In this document: positions 1-9,548 of the stretch, piece by piece
Layout of the letters: each line of letters opens with the position of its first letter
Numbering within the stretch: the stretch's first letter is position 1
Source of the DNA: Eubacteriales bacterium
GTDB lineage: Bacteria > Bacillota > Clostridia > Oscillospirales > CAG-272
DNA length: 64,000 nt
Direction of reading: 5' to 3'
Assembly: GCA_045612665.1 (NCBI GenBank)
Contig: JAZKZO010000037.1
Coordinates: 31,051-95,050 of the forward strand
Translations under genes and position numbers: made by a program
The notes under the pieces: generated by a model
What the model was told of the DNA's origin: nothing
Seen by the model: only the letters and a program-made list of their open reading frames with translations
Database searches by the model: none

Positions 1-8
1 TGCGTGTC

Positions 9-29
9 AAAAAACCGTCCTTTGACGGT
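9..29 (-). terminator. Rho-independent terminator downstream of the 147..422 gene
   Basis: Stem ACCGTC/GACGGT. On the minus strand it is followed by a T-run (plus-strand A-run at 9-14). Confidence 0.5.
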
Positions 30-146
30 AAAATATGTAGTAAAGGCATCTGTGCGTATAACGACCCCACACAGCGACTTTACACTTTAAATACGATTTT
101 TACTGACACCATTATATCACAACAAATTCTAGCAGTCAATATATTC

Positions 147-422
147 TTAAAAAATAATAAATCCTAGAGCACAAATAGCTGCTCCGCACAATGCTCCGAG
201 CATAAAAAATATAAGTGGCTTAGCGCGCCTATTTTTCACTCTTTTTCTTTTATTTAAAGGATATTCGTGCTCATTTATAATGGCGGTGGCGGTGCGTATT
301 ATGTCGTTTTGATTTTCCTCGGATGAGGGGATATCGTTTTTTAAAACAAAATAAGCCTCATCAAATAAATCGCACCCCGTATTCTTTATAAAAATCATTC
401 TTTTTTGGCATCCCTTTATCAT
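147..422 (-). CDS. Small hypothetical protein with a C-terminal transmembrane anchor
   Basis: 91-aa ORF. It has a soluble N-terminal part (MIFIKNTG...EAYFVLK), a basic linker (KRKRVKNRRAK) and one hydrophobic helix at the extreme C terminus. No family recognised. Confidence 0.55.
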   Translation of the reverse strand: MIKGCQKRMIFIKNTGCDLFDEAYFVLKNDIPSSEENQNDIIRTATAIINEHEYPLNKRKRVKNRRAKPLIFFMLGALCGAAICALGFIIF

Positions 423-545
423 TTTGAAAGCTCCTAAGTTTTTCTTCGATTATCGACCGTGCTTCCTTTGTTTATTCAATTTATAAATTTAATAATTCTT
501 AAAATTATGAATTTTAGAATTCGAAAATTCAAAAAATTGTCGAAT

Positions 546-1073
546 TTAAAAGAAAAATCTACTTATGGCACAGGATATAAAAATACATATTCCCGACACA
601 AAAAGCGCACAGGGAAGCGCCCATCTTGTTTTCCTTATTCCGACACTTGAAAAGTAGATTCCGATAACGTAAAAAACCGTATCCGACGAGGCCATAATTA
701 TTGATGCGCAAATTGCCTCGTATGAGTCAACGCCACATCGTGAAATTATATCCTCGTATGTGGCAATCGACGCACCGCCCGAAAGAGGGCGAGTTATAAT
801 CAACGGAAGAATATCGCTCGGTATATGCAAAAGCTCGCACAAGGGAGCAAGAAGCGTGCAAATCACCTCACATGCTCCCGACGCGTTGAAAAGAGATATC
901 GCCACTACTAAAGCGCAAAGGGTGGGTAATAGGGAAATTGCACTCTTCGCGCCATCCTTAGCTCCGTTCAAAAAAGATGAAAAGCAGTCTTTTTTAGATG
1001 CTAAAATCAAAAATGAAGCGATCAAAATGATAGTTGGTATAATAAAAGATGAAAAGATCTCAATTTTTTGCAT
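546..1073 (-). CDS. spmB: Spore maturation protein B (nucleoside-recognition/Gate domain membrane protein)
   Basis: 175-aa polytopic membrane ORF that overlaps the upstream spmA-like ORF by 14 nt. The spmA-spmB pair order matches that of Bacillus and Clostridium. Confidence 0.8.
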   Translation of the reverse strand: MQKIEIFSSFIIPTIILIASFLILASKKDCFSSFLNGAKDGAKSAISLLPTLCALVVAISLFNASGACEVICTLLAPLCELLHIPSDILPLIITRPLSGGASIATYEDIISRCGVDSYEAICASIIMASSDTVFYVIGIYFSSVGIRKTRWALPCALFVSGICIFISCAISRFFF

Positions 1074-1641
1074 TTATTTTACCCAAAATCAGGCATAGAA
1101 TAACCCCTATTATCGAGCAAATGCCGGAGCATAGCCAAATGCTTGGAATAAGCTCATAGGTGATAGATGCGTTGTGGGATGCTCGAATGGCGATTATGGT
1201 TGTTGGAATCAGGTTAAACGAGCAGCAGCCAAGCATAGCTAGCATTATCATATCGGCAGACGCAACTCCCGATTTATCCCTCTCGCTCAGCTTTTTCATA
1301 GCACTTATAGCAAGCGGAGTGGAGGCGTTTGCTATTCCTAGCATATTTGCACTAATGCATGCCGTTATTTCCTCGGTCGCAACGTTTTCCTTAAACGCTT
1401 TCGGGAAAATCCTTTTTAAAACGGGCTTTAAGAGTCTAGATAGCTTTTCTATTATCCCTGCATCCTTGAATACGTTTAAAAGTCCGTTCCAAAATGCCAT
1501 AATGCCAACAAGAGATATCACAAGGCTTACGCTTTTCGTAGCGCCTGTTGCCACCGCTTCAGATAGCGAGGATACGTTTCCTGTAAAAACGGCAAATGCA
1601 ACCGATAATACGCAAAGCACGCCAAAGCATTTTCCAAGCAT
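1060..1641 (-). CDS. spmA: Spore maturation protein A
   Basis: 193-aa polytopic membrane ORF with SpmA-like sequence (nucleoside transporter/FeoB Gate-type domain), translationally coupled to spmB. Confidence 0.8.
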   Translation of the reverse strand: MLGKCFGVLCVLSVAFAVFTGNVSSLSEAVATGATKSVSLVISLVGIMAFWNGLLNVFKDAGIIEKLSRLLKPVLKRIFPKAFKENVATEEITACISANMLGIANASTPLAISAMKKLSERDKSGVASADMIMLAMLGCCSFNLIPTTIIAIRASHNASITYELIPSIWLCSGICSIIGVILCLILGKINAKN

Positions 1642-1774
1642 ATCTTTTCTCCTTATTTCGTTAAATTATGTTGACATAAGCTTAATATTCGTGATAAAAT
1701 ATCAGTGTTAGAACAAAATGTTATCACTTAAATTTATTCGCATAACAATAAAAAATGAACAGGTTGGTGAAAAT

Positions 1775-4063
1775 ATGGAAAAGTTTTTGAGATATGATAC
1801 CCCTGCGAAAGCCTTTGAAGAGGCTCTACCTCTTGGCAACGGCTCTCTTGGCGCGGTCATTTATGGAAAAACCGATATTGAACGCATTTCGTTAAATCAC
1901 GATACACTTTGGTCCGGTAAGCCGGGTCAATTTATGGTTGAGGACGCAAGGGAATCCTTTGAGAAGGCGAAGGCGCTCACTCTTGAGGGGAAATTTTACG
2001 AGGCACAAGTTGAAATAGAGCGTGGATTTACAGGTCCATGGCTTAACTCATATATGCTTCTCGGCACTCTTTACATAGAAAGAGACGGCTCTTCATCGAA
2101 TCACAAAAACTATTCTCGCGTGCTTGACCTTGAAAATTCGCTTGCAAGCGTAAGCTATACAGAGGACGGAATAGATTTTAAGAGAGAATATCTCGTTTCG
2201 CATCCTCATAACTGTGTTATGGTTAAGCTTTCATCAAGCAAGCCTGTATCGTATAAATTGAAGGGCGATTGCGTTGGAAAGAGCGCCGTTACAGCCGGCA
2301 AGGACATTCTTTATCTTACAGGAGAATGCCCAACGTCTATTGCGCCTACTTATCATAGAGATGCAAAGCCTGTTGTTTATGATGGCGACGGCGTTAAGGT
2401 TAGTGCTATGGCAAAAATCAAGTGTGATGGCGAAACAGAAAGAAAAGAAGACTATGTTCAAATCTTGGACGCAACTGATGTAACTATTTACTTTTGTGCC
2501 GAAACCAGCTTCGTTGACTTTGATAAGTTTCCCAACAAGCCTACCTTCTATCCCTGTCTTGATAGAGTGAACGCGCTTTGCGAAATTCCTTACGAGAAAA
2601 TTAAGAGCGCACATATTGCCGACACATCTGAGCTATTCAATAGAATAGAGGTTGATTTCGGTGGCGATATAAGCACCAAAACAACTGATAGAAGACTTCG
2701 CGACGGTGATAAGGACTTGGGACTTTGTGAGCTTCTTTTCAACTTTGGCAGATATCTCATAATCGCTTCATCGCGAGAGGGCTCTAGAGCAACAAATCTC
2801 CAAGGAATATGGAACGAGCATTTTTACGCTCCTTGGTCATCTAACTATACCGTAAATATTAATACTGAAATGAACTATTGGCCCGTGCTTATGTGCAACC
2901 TTCCCGAGTGCCACAAGCCTATGATTGAGCTTATTAAGGGCGTTAGCAAAAACGGAAGAGAAACTGCAAAGCATTTCTATGGCGCAAACGGCTTCGTTTC
3001 ACACCACAATCTTGACCTTTGGATAAATACAACTCCGGTTGGATTTAATGTAGAGCATTCCTCGAGATATGCCTTTTGGAATATGTCATCTGGATGGCTT
3101 TGCAGACACCTGTTTGAGCATTACGAATACACTCTTGACAAGGACTTCCTTCGTGAGGTAGCTTATCCTATTATGAAGGAAAGCGCAAGATTTTATCTTG
3201 ATATGATGGTAATGCATAACGGAAAGTGGATTTTGACACCTTCCACATCCCCTGAAAATGCTGTAATAATTAACGGAGAGACTGTTCATACAACTCTCTA
3301 TACAACAATGACTCAATCTATAATACAAGACCTCTTTACAAGCGTTTCTAAGGGCGCTGAAATACTTGGAGAAAACGACGATTTTGTAAAGGAAATCAGA
3401 GAAAAGCTTCCTAATGTGGGCATTTATAAGATTGGCTCGCACGGAGAGCTTCTCGAATACGATGAGGAGTATGAGGAAGAGGACGTTCATCATAGACACG
3501 TTTCGCATCTCTACGCAATGTATCCCGCAGGTCTTATTTCCACCGATGCTACCAAGGAGCTTGCCGATGCGTGCCGTCAAACTCTTGAAATTAGAGGGGA
3601 TGAGAGCACAGGATGGAGCATGGGATGGAAGGTTAATCTTTGGGCTAGACTCAAGGATGGCGATAGGGCATATAAGCTTGTAAAAAATCAGCTTAACTTT
3701 GTTGAGCCAAATGCAGAGCTCAAATACAGTCAGGGTGGCGGAACGTATGCGAATATGTTTGATGCTCATCCACCATTCCAAATCGACGGAAACTTTGGAG
3801 TTGCTGCGGGAATTGCGCAAATGTTCTTGCAATGCGAGGACGGAAAAATAAAAATTCTTCCTGCACTCCCCTCAGAGATGAAAAACGGAAAAATAAAGGG
3901 ACTTTTGGCGAAAGGCAATATAAAAGTCGATATCGAGTGGAAAAACTCGAAGCTTTCAAGGCTAGAATTAGTAACACCTACCGCGCAAACTGCTATAATA
4001 AATGTTGAGGGCGTTGATAAAACGGTAACCCTTACTGCTAACGAGAAATTTATTTTGGCATAA
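1775..4063 (+). CDS. Glycoside hydrolase family 95 (alpha-L-fucosidase type)
   Basis: Carries the GH95 hallmark segments NLQGIWN and YTVNINTEMNYWP. The start was moved to ATG 1775, which follows a GGTGA ribosome-binding site. No signal peptide is visible. Confidence 0.85.
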   Translation: MEKFLRYDTPAKAFEEALPLGNGSLGAVIYGKTDIERISLNHDTLWSGKPGQFMVEDARESFEKAKALTLEGKFYEAQVEIERGFTGPWLNSYMLLGTLYIERDGSSSNHKNYSRVLDLENSLASVSYTEDGIDFKREYLVSHPHNCVMVKLSSSKPVSYKLKGDCVGKSAVTAGKDILYLTGECPTSIAPTYHRDAKPVVYDGDGVKVSAMAKIKCDGETERKEDYVQILDATDVTIYFCAETSFVDFDKFPNKPTFYPCLDRVNALCEIPYEKIKSAHIADTSELFNRIEVDFGGDISTKTTDRRLRDGDKDLGLCELLFNFGRYLIIASSREGSRATNLQGIWNEHFYAPWSSNYTVNINTEMNYWPVLMCNLPECHKPMIELIKGVSKNGRETAKHFYGANGFVSHHNLDLWINTTPVGFNVEHSSRYAFWNMSSGWLCRHLFEHYEYTLDKDFLREVAYPIMKESARFYLDMMVMHNGKWILTPSTSPENAVIINGETVHTTLYTTMTQSIIQDLFTSVSKGAEILGENDDFVKEIREKLPNVGIYKIGSHGELLEYDEEYEEEDVHHRHVSHLYAMYPAGLISTDATKELADACRQTLEIRGDESTGWSMGWKVNLWARLKDGDRAYKLVKNQLNFVEPNAELKYSQGGGTYANMFDAHPPFQIDGNFGVAAGIAQMFLQCEDGKIKILPALPSEMKNGKIKGLLAKGNIKVDIEWKNSKLSRLELVTPTAQTAIINVEGVDKTVTLTANEKFILA

Positions 4064-4075
4064 GCGGAGGTACAT

Positions 4076-4921
4076 ATGATAAATTTGGGATATTATAACG
4101 GAGAAGTCGGTCTTATTGACGAAATGAGAGTGCCGATGAATGACAGGGCGTTTTACTTTGGAGACGGAGTTTACGATGCTGTTATGTGCCGTAATAATAT
4201 CCCTTATTTACTGTCTACACACATAGACAGATTTTACCGTAACTGCGATAGGCTTTCTATAAAAATTCAAATGAAAAAGCACGAGCTTTTCGAGCTGATT
4301 TGCACCCTTGTTAAATTGGTTGATGCAAATGAAAAATTCGTCTATTTCCATATGTCGAGAGGGACTGCTCAAAGAGCGCATGAGCTTATGCTTGATAAGG
4401 GAAATTTGTGCATTATGATAATGCCAAGAGAGATAGAAAATTCGGATATTACGATGAGTGCGGTGTTACTTCCGGATATAAGATATGAGATGTGCGACAT
4501 AAAAACCTTGAACCTTCTTCCGAATGTTCTTGCTTCGCAAATAGCATCAAAAAATGGTACTGATGAGGCGATTTTACATAGAAAGGGTATTATCACCGAG
4601 GGCACGCACTGCAATGTTTCGATAATAAAAAACGGCAATCTCATAACCGCACCCGAAAGCCGGCATATTTTACCTGGAGTAACTAGGGCGCATCTTATAA
4701 AAATCGCCGAGAAAAACGGAATAACGGTGGAAGAAAGAGAATATAACACCGAGGAGCTTTTGAACGCCGATGAAATACTTATAAGTAGCTCAAGCAAGCT
4801 TGTAAGAAGCGTAAGAAGCATTAATGGAGAGACGGTTGGTGGCAGATGCCCCGAGGTCTTGAATTTGCTTAAAAATGAGCTTTTTGGAGCTTATTACAGT
4901 GCTACGACACCTCGCATTTGA
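4076..4921 (+). CDS. Class IV aminotransferase (D-amino-acid / branched-chain aminotransferase family)
   Basis: 281 aa with fold-type IV PLP enzyme features (FYFGDGVYD, EGTHCNV). A GGAGG RBS lies upstream. Confidence 0.8.
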   Translation: MINLGYYNGEVGLIDEMRVPMNDRAFYFGDGVYDAVMCRNNIPYLLSTHIDRFYRNCDRLSIKIQMKKHELFELICTLVKLVDANEKFVYFHMSRGTAQRAHELMLDKGNLCIMIMPREIENSDITMSAVLLPDIRYEMCDIKTLNLLPNVLASQIASKNGTDEAILHRKGIITEGTHCNVSIIKNGNLITAPESRHILPGVTRAHLIKIAEKNGITVEEREYNTEELLNADEILISSSSKLVRSVRSINGETVGGRCPEVLNLLKNELFGAYYSATTPRI

Positions 4922-5007
4922 CACACTAAAATGCTTGCTTGTGTAAAATGACGAAAAATCAGTCTCGTTATACGCATAAATTTTATGTATTTTTAAATAA
5001 AAATATA

Positions 5008-5037
5008 TTGACAAAATAAGACACCTTGTGATAAAAT
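5008..5037 (+). promoter_or_regulatory. Sigma-A type promoter of the pur operon leader
   Basis: TTGACA (5008-5013), an 18-nt spacer, then TAAAAT (5032-5037). Confidence 0.5.
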
Positions 5038-5040
5038 AAA

Positions 5041-5120
5041 AGTCGGTAAGGTTTTTGCAACTGACGGAACGCAGATTTAACTGCATGGGAGCAAAGATCG
5101 CTTTGTCGACCGTCTGGGCA
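5041..5120 (+). promoter_or_regulatory. ZTP riboswitch aptamer (pfl motif)
   Basis: ACUGACGGAAC, then hairpin GCAG/CUGC, then AUGGGAGC, then a small hairpin, then CGACCGUCUGGGCA. CCGUC can pair with GACGG (pseudoknot) and the 3' CUGGGCA is the pfl hallmark. It sits directly upstream of purine de novo genes. Confidence 0.75.
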
Positions 5121-5162
5121 ATTCTACCTCCTTAGGGTAGGATTGCCTTGTTTTGTTTTTTT
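5117..5162 (+). terminator. Riboswitch expression-platform terminator
   Basis: 12-bp stem GGCAAUUCUACC / GGUAGGAUUGCC with one G-U pair, then a U-rich tract. The 5' arm overlaps the conserved GGCA of the aptamer, consistent with a ligand-induced antitermination (ON) switch. Confidence 0.75.
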
Positions 5163-5189
5163 ATCAAGAAATTTATTTCAAGGAGAGTT

Positions 5190-5690
5190 ATGAATATGAA
5201 AAAAGTAGCAATCATTATGGGCAGTGACAGTGACTTGCCAATAGTTGAAAAGGGCATAAACGTCCTTAAGGAATACGGAGTTCCGTTTGAGGTTCATGTA
5301 TATTCGGCACATAGAACACCCGAGGAAACTGCAGTGTTTGTAAAGGGCGCTAAGGATAATGGCTTCGGTGTTATCATCGCTGCTGCCGGAATGGCTGCAC
5401 ACCTCGCTGGAGCAGTTGCAGCTAACACAGTTCTTCCTGTAATCGGCATTCCTGTTTCTTGTAAGAATACAGGCGGATTTGACGCACTCCTAGCAACAGT
5501 ACAAATGCCATCGGGAATTCCGGTTGCTACGGTTGCAATCGACGGTGCAGCAAATGCCGCATTGCTCGCAGTGCAAATGCTTGCTCTCTCCGACGAGACT
5601 CTTTATGCAAAGCTTGTTGATGCAAGAGTAGCGGGTAAGGACAAGGTTCTTGCAAAGAACAAGGATATTGAGGATAAATTTAATCAGTAA
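5190..5690 (+). CDS. purE: 5-(carboxyamino)imidazole ribonucleotide mutase (class I PurE-like)
   Basis: Contains SAHRTP and [15 protein letters not shown] motifs. ATG 5190 follows an AGGAGAG RBS; the track start at 5148 is a TTG inside the terminator U-tract. Confidence 0.9.
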   Translation: MNMKKVAIIMGSDSDLPIVEKGINVLKEYGVPFEVHVYSAHRTPEETAVFVKGAKDNGFGVIIAAAGMAAHLAGAVAANTVLPVIGIPVSCKNTGGFDALLATVQMPSGIPVATVAIDGAANAALLAVQMLALSDETLYAKLVDARVAGKDKVLAKNKDIEDKFNQ

Positions 5691-5711
5691 TCCATAACGG
5701 GAGATAATTAG

Positions 5712-7118
5712 ATGGGAATTTTCGCAATAATTGGAAAAGAAAAAACTAACGTCGCTTCCAGTGTTTACTATGGACTGTACGCTTTACAGCATAGAGGACA
5801 GGAGAGCGCAGGAATAGTTGTTAACGATGACGGTATTTTCCGTACACACAAGGATTCGGGTCTTGTGAATGATGTTTTTGCAGGTGATAAGCTTGGAAAG
5901 CTCGGCGAGGGCAATATGGCACTTGGCCATGTTCGTTACGGAACGCTTGGAACAAAGGATCGCGTTAATGCAGAGCCTATTGTAGTAAATCATATCAAGG
6001 GAAGACTTGCTATCGCAACTACCGGAACTCTTGTTAATTCAACTGAGCTTAAAAGAGAGCTTGAGCTTCAAGGTCTTATATTCCACACAACAAGTGATGC
6101 AGAAATAATTTCCTGTATCATCACTAAAGAGAGAATAACCTCATCGTCAATTGAGGAAGCAATCAATCGAGCAATGGAAAGATTGAAGGGAGGATATACC
6201 TTCGTTGTTATGTCTCCTCAAAAGCTCGTTGTTGCAAGAGATGAAAACGGACTTCATCCTATATGCTACGGTAAGCGCGAGAACGGAGAATATGTAATCG
6301 CAAGCGAAACCTGTGCACTTGATTCGGTAGGTGCAGTTTTCGTAAGAGAGCTTGATCCTGGCGAAATCCTTGTATTTTCAAAGGACGGAATTAAGTCAAT
6401 TCGCGACCATTGTGATAAGAAGCCTGAAAGAATGTGCGTTTTCGAGTATGTATATACGGCTCGTCCGGACTCGGCAATTTGCGGTTGCTCAGTTCACGAG
6501 GCAAGAAAGCGCGCAGGCGCGTTCTTGGCTAAGGCTCATCCAGTTGAGGCAGACGTTGTAGTTGGTGTTCCTGATTCGGGACTTGATGCAGCGCTCGGAT
6601 ATGCCGAGGAGTCTGGCATTCCTTACGGCATAGGACTTATAAAGAACAAATACATTGGTAGAACCTTTATTGCTCCTGGACAAAACGTTCGCGAGGATAA
6701 AGTTAAAATAAAGCTCAATCCCGTATCGGCTACCGTGAAGGGAAAGAGAGTAGTGCTCGTTGATGACTCTATTGTAAGAGGAACAACCTGTGCAAGAATT
6801 GTTAAGCTTTTAAGAAATGCAGGAGCAAAAGAGGTTCATCTTCGCTCATCTGCACCGGCATTCTTGAATCCGTGCTACTACGGAACTGATGTTGATTCCA
6901 AAGAATCACTCATTGCTTGCAATCATACAATCGAGGAAATGACCAAGCTTTTCGACGTTGATACTCTTGGTTATCTTCCACTCGAGGATGTTTCAAAGCT
7001 AGGCGCTAGCGGAAGCTGTAAGGGCTATTGCACAGCATGCTTCGATGGTAACTATCCAACTGAAACTCCCGAAAAGTATGTAAATAAATTTGATCATAAA
7101 ATTTCTGAAAACAATTGA
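5712..7118 (+). CDS. purF: Amidophosphoribosyltransferase homologue with a degenerate glutaminase active site
   Basis: Full-length PurF similarity ([29 protein letters not shown], Fe-S Cys positions). However, the N terminus is MGIFAIIG with no Cys, and an in-frame TAG lies immediately upstream. Confidence 0.85.
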   Translation: MGIFAIIGKEKTNVASSVYYGLYALQHRGQESAGIVVNDDGIFRTHKDSGLVNDVFAGDKLGKLGEGNMALGHVRYGTLGTKDRVNAEPIVVNHIKGRLAIATTGTLVNSTELKRELELQGLIFHTTSDAEIISCIITKERITSSSIEEAINRAMERLKGGYTFVVMSPQKLVVARDENGLHPICYGKRENGEYVIASETCALDSVGAVFVRELDPGEILVFSKDGIKSIRDHCDKKPERMCVFEYVYTARPDSAICGCSVHEARKRAGAFLAKAHPVEADVVVGVPDSGLDAALGYAEESGIPYGIGLIKNKYIGRTFIAPGQNVREDKVKIKLNPVSATVKGKRVVLVDDSIVRGTTCARIVKLLRNAGAKEVHLRSSAPAFLNPCYYGTDVDSKESLIACNHTIEEMTKLFDVDTLGYLPLEDVSKLGASGSCKGYCTACFDGNYPTETPEKYVNKFDHKISENN

Positions 7119-7134
7119 AAGTGAGGAACAAAAA

Positions 7135-8181
7135 GTGAAAAACTCAAAATCTGAAAGCTATGCAGCAGCCGGTGTTGATATTACAGCAGGCTATAAGGCT
7201 GTTGAATTGATGAAGAAGCATATAGCTCGTACAAAGAATGAGGGATGCCTTGACGACGTTGGTGGCTTCGGTGGATGCTTTGGCTTGCCAGTTGCAGGAA
7301 TGGAGGAGCCTGTACTTGTTTCAGGTACTGACGGATGTGGCACCAAGGTTAAAATGGCTATCCTTATGGACAAGCACGATACAATCGGTATCGACGCAGT
7401 TGCTATGTGCGTAAATGATATTATTTGCTGTGGCGCAAAGCCTTTGTTCTTCCTTGACTATATCGCATGTGGAAAGAACGTTCCTGAAAAGATTGCCGCT
7501 ATCGTTGGCGGTGTTGCCGAGGGCTGTGTACAGTCAGGTGCTGCACTTATCGGTGGCGAAACTGCAGAGCATCCAGGTCTTATGCCTGTTGACGAATATG
7601 ACCTCGCAGGATTTGCAGTTGGTATCGTTGACAAGAAGAAAATTCTTGATAACACAAAGATGGCAGAGGGCGACGTTGTTATCGCACTTGCATCAAGCGG
7701 AGTTCACTCAAACGGATTTTCACTCGTTCGTAAGGTGTTTGACATTGATAACAATCCTGACTCACTTTACGTTTCTTGCGAGGCTCTTGGTGGAGCTTCA
7801 ATTGCTGAAACTCTCTTGACTCCTACAAAAATCTATGTAAAATCAATTCTCGCATTGATCGAAAAGGTTAATGTTAAGGGAATTTCACATATCACAGGCG
7901 GTGGATTCTACGAGAACATTCCAAGATCCATTCCTAAGGGACTTTCCGCAAGAATTGATAAGAGCGCGGTAAAGGTTCTTCCTATCTTTGATCTTATTCA
8001 AAAGACAGGCAACATTCCTGAAAGACATATGTACAACACATACAATATCGGCGTTGGAATGAGCGTTGTTGTTTCAAAGGACGAGGCTGATAAGGCTCTC
8101 GAAATCTTGAAGGCAAACGGAGAAGACGCATATATCATCGGAGAAATCTTTGCATCCGAGGATGGAGTAGTTCTATGCTAA
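7135..8181 (+). CDS. purM: Phosphoribosylformylglycinamidine cyclo-ligase (AIR synthetase)
   Basis: PurM similarity (SYAAAGVDI..., GTDGCGTK). The likely start is GTG 7135, after a GAGGA RBS. The track ATG at 7090 would overlap the purF end. Confidence 0.85.
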   Translation: MKNSKSESYAAAGVDITAGYKAVELMKKHIARTKNEGCLDDVGGFGGCFGLPVAGMEEPVLVSGTDGCGTKVKMAILMDKHDTIGIDAVAMCVNDIICCGAKPLFFLDYIACGKNVPEKIAAIVGGVAEGCVQSGAALIGGETAEHPGLMPVDEYDLAGFAVGIVDKKKILDNTKMAEGDVVIALASSGVHSNGFSLVRKVFDIDNNPDSLYVSCEALGGASIAETLLTPTKIYVKSILALIEKVNVKGISHITGGGFYENIPRSIPKGLSARIDKSAVKVLPIFDLIQKTGNIPERHMYNTYNIGVGMSVVVSKDEADKALEILKANGEDAYIIGEIFASEDGVVLC

Positions 8182-8810
8182 GCTCAAAAATAGCTGTACT
8201 TGTATCCGGTGGCGGAACTAATCTTCAGGCTCTTATAGATGCTGAAAAGAGAGGCGAGCTTGGAAACGGAAAAATTTCCTTGGTAATAGCCTCTAAGCCG
8301 GGTGTATACGCTCTTGAGCGTGCCAAAAATAATTCAATAAAATCAATCGTGCTTTCTCGCAAGGAGTATGATAGCATAGCTGACTATTCAAAGGCTTTGG
8401 CTGATACTATGGAGGCAGAGGGCATCGATTTGGTTGTTCTTGCAGGCTTTCTTACAATTATCGATGAGCAGGTGTACGAGAGATTTCCAAACAAAATCTT
8501 GAACGTTCACCCCGCGCTAATCCCTTCCTTCTGCGGAAAGGGCTTTTACGGACTTCGTGTTCACGAGGCTGCGCTCGAGAAGGGAGTTAAGCTTTCAGGC
8601 GCAACAGTACATATTGTAACTCCAGAGTGCGATGCAGGTCCAATCGTTCTTCAAAAGGCGGTTGAGGTTAAGGAGGATGATACTCCTGAAACACTTCAAA
8701 GACGCATTATGGAGGAGGCGGAGTGGAAGATACTCCCCAAGGCAGTTAGACTCTTTTGCGAGGGTAAGATAACTGTTGAAAACAATAAGGTTTTAATTAA
8801 AGGAGAATAA
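8175..8810 (+). CDS. purN: Phosphoribosylglycinamide formyltransferase
   Basis: Contains [15 protein letters not shown] and NVHPALIP motifs. Overlaps the purM stop. Confidence 0.9.
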   Translation: MLSSKIAVLVSGGGTNLQALIDAEKRGELGNGKISLVIASKPGVYALERAKNNSIKSIVLSRKEYDSIADYSKALADTMEAEGIDLVVLAGFLTIIDEQVYERFPNKILNVHPALIPSFCGKGFYGLRVHEAALEKGVKLSGATVHIVTPECDAGPIVLQKAVEVKEDDTPETLQRRIMEEAEWKILPKAVRLFCEGKITVENNKVLIKGE

Positions 8811-8812
8811 AT

Positions 8813-9529
8813 ATGAAGGTATCAACAATTGCAAATGAGCTTAATTCCTTGGCATATCACGGCAGAGGAATTATCATAGGAAAAAGCCCTGATGGAAAAA
8901 AGGCTGTTACAGCTTACTTCATTATGGGAAGAAGCGTGAATAGCCGTAACAGAGTATTCGTTGCTGAGGGAGATGCAATGCGTACAAAGGCTTTTGACGA
9001 GTCCAAAATGGTAGATCCACATCTTATTATCTACTATCCTGTAAGAGTTCTTGGAAACAAGACAATCGTTACAAACGGTGATCAAACCGATACAATCTAC
9101 GACCTTATGGATAAGCAAATGACATTTGAGCAGGCTCTTAGAACAAGAGAGTTTGAGGATGACAAGCCAAACTTTACCCCTAGAATTTCAGGTATCATTC
9201 ACCGTGAAAACGGAGATATGAACTTTGCTATGTCAATTCTTAAGAGCGCTGAGGGTGATGACTCGTCCTGCGAGAGATTTACATACGCTTATTCAAATCC
9301 AATTGCAGGAAAGGCAAAATTCATTCACACATACAATTGCGACGGCAACCCACTTCCTTCCTTTGAAGGCGAGCCTAAGACTCTTGAGCTTCCTGATATG
9401 GATATCGATGCCCTTACCGACCTCATTTGGACAAACCTCAACGAGGATAACAAGGTATCTCTCTTCGTTAGATATATCGACATCGCAACAGGCGAAGCAG
9501 AAACAAGAATTGTAAACAAAAACCAGTAA
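8813..9529 (+). CDS. IMP cyclohydrolase, PurO-like (archaeal-type)
   Basis: 238 aa with PurO-family-like segments (YHGRGIIIGKSPDGK...YFIMGRSVNSRNRVF). It lies directly before an AICARFT-only purH. Confidence 0.75.
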   Translation: MKVSTIANELNSLAYHGRGIIIGKSPDGKKAVTAYFIMGRSVNSRNRVFVAEGDAMRTKAFDESKMVDPHLIIYYPVRVLGNKTIVTNGDQTDTIYDLMDKQMTFEQALRTREFEDDKPNFTPRISGIIHRENGDMNFAMSILKSAEGDDSSCERFTYAYSNPIAGKAKFIHTYNCDGNPLPSFEGEPKTLELPDMDIDALTDLIWTNLNEDNKVSLFVRYIDIATGEAETRIVNKNQ

Positions 9530-9548
9530 TTATATAGGAGCGAGAAAT

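Noticed and set aside
1-146. A possible 3' end of a plus-strand gene entering the window (open frame 1-90).
   Set aside because: It is only 29 codons with no recognisable sequence. The hairpin at 9-29 is oriented as a minus-strand terminator, so the region is more likely non-coding.
508-531. Near-palindrome TGAATTTTAGAATTCGAAAATTCA between spmB and the small downstream gene.
   Set aside because: The 8-bp arms consist only of A and T apart from one G-C pair. It could be a weak spmB terminator or an operator, but in AT-rich spacer DNA it cannot be distinguished from chance.
459-650. A 63-aa plus-strand ORF overlapping the spmB 3' end.
   Set aside because: The translation is basic and low-complexity. 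It starts in an AT-rich spacer and overlaps a well-supported membrane protein gene on the other strand.
3086-3832. Long antisense or alternative-frame ORFs inside well-supported genes: 3086-3832(-), 10302-10784(-), 18022-18618(-), 24074-24556(-), 52415-53107(+), 53998-54480(+), and many 60-130 aa ORFs.
   Set aside because: All lie fully within genes that have strong homology-type evidence on the other strand or frame. Their translations are low-complexity or Cys/Ser/Leu-rich with no recognisable motifs, so they are shadow ORFs.
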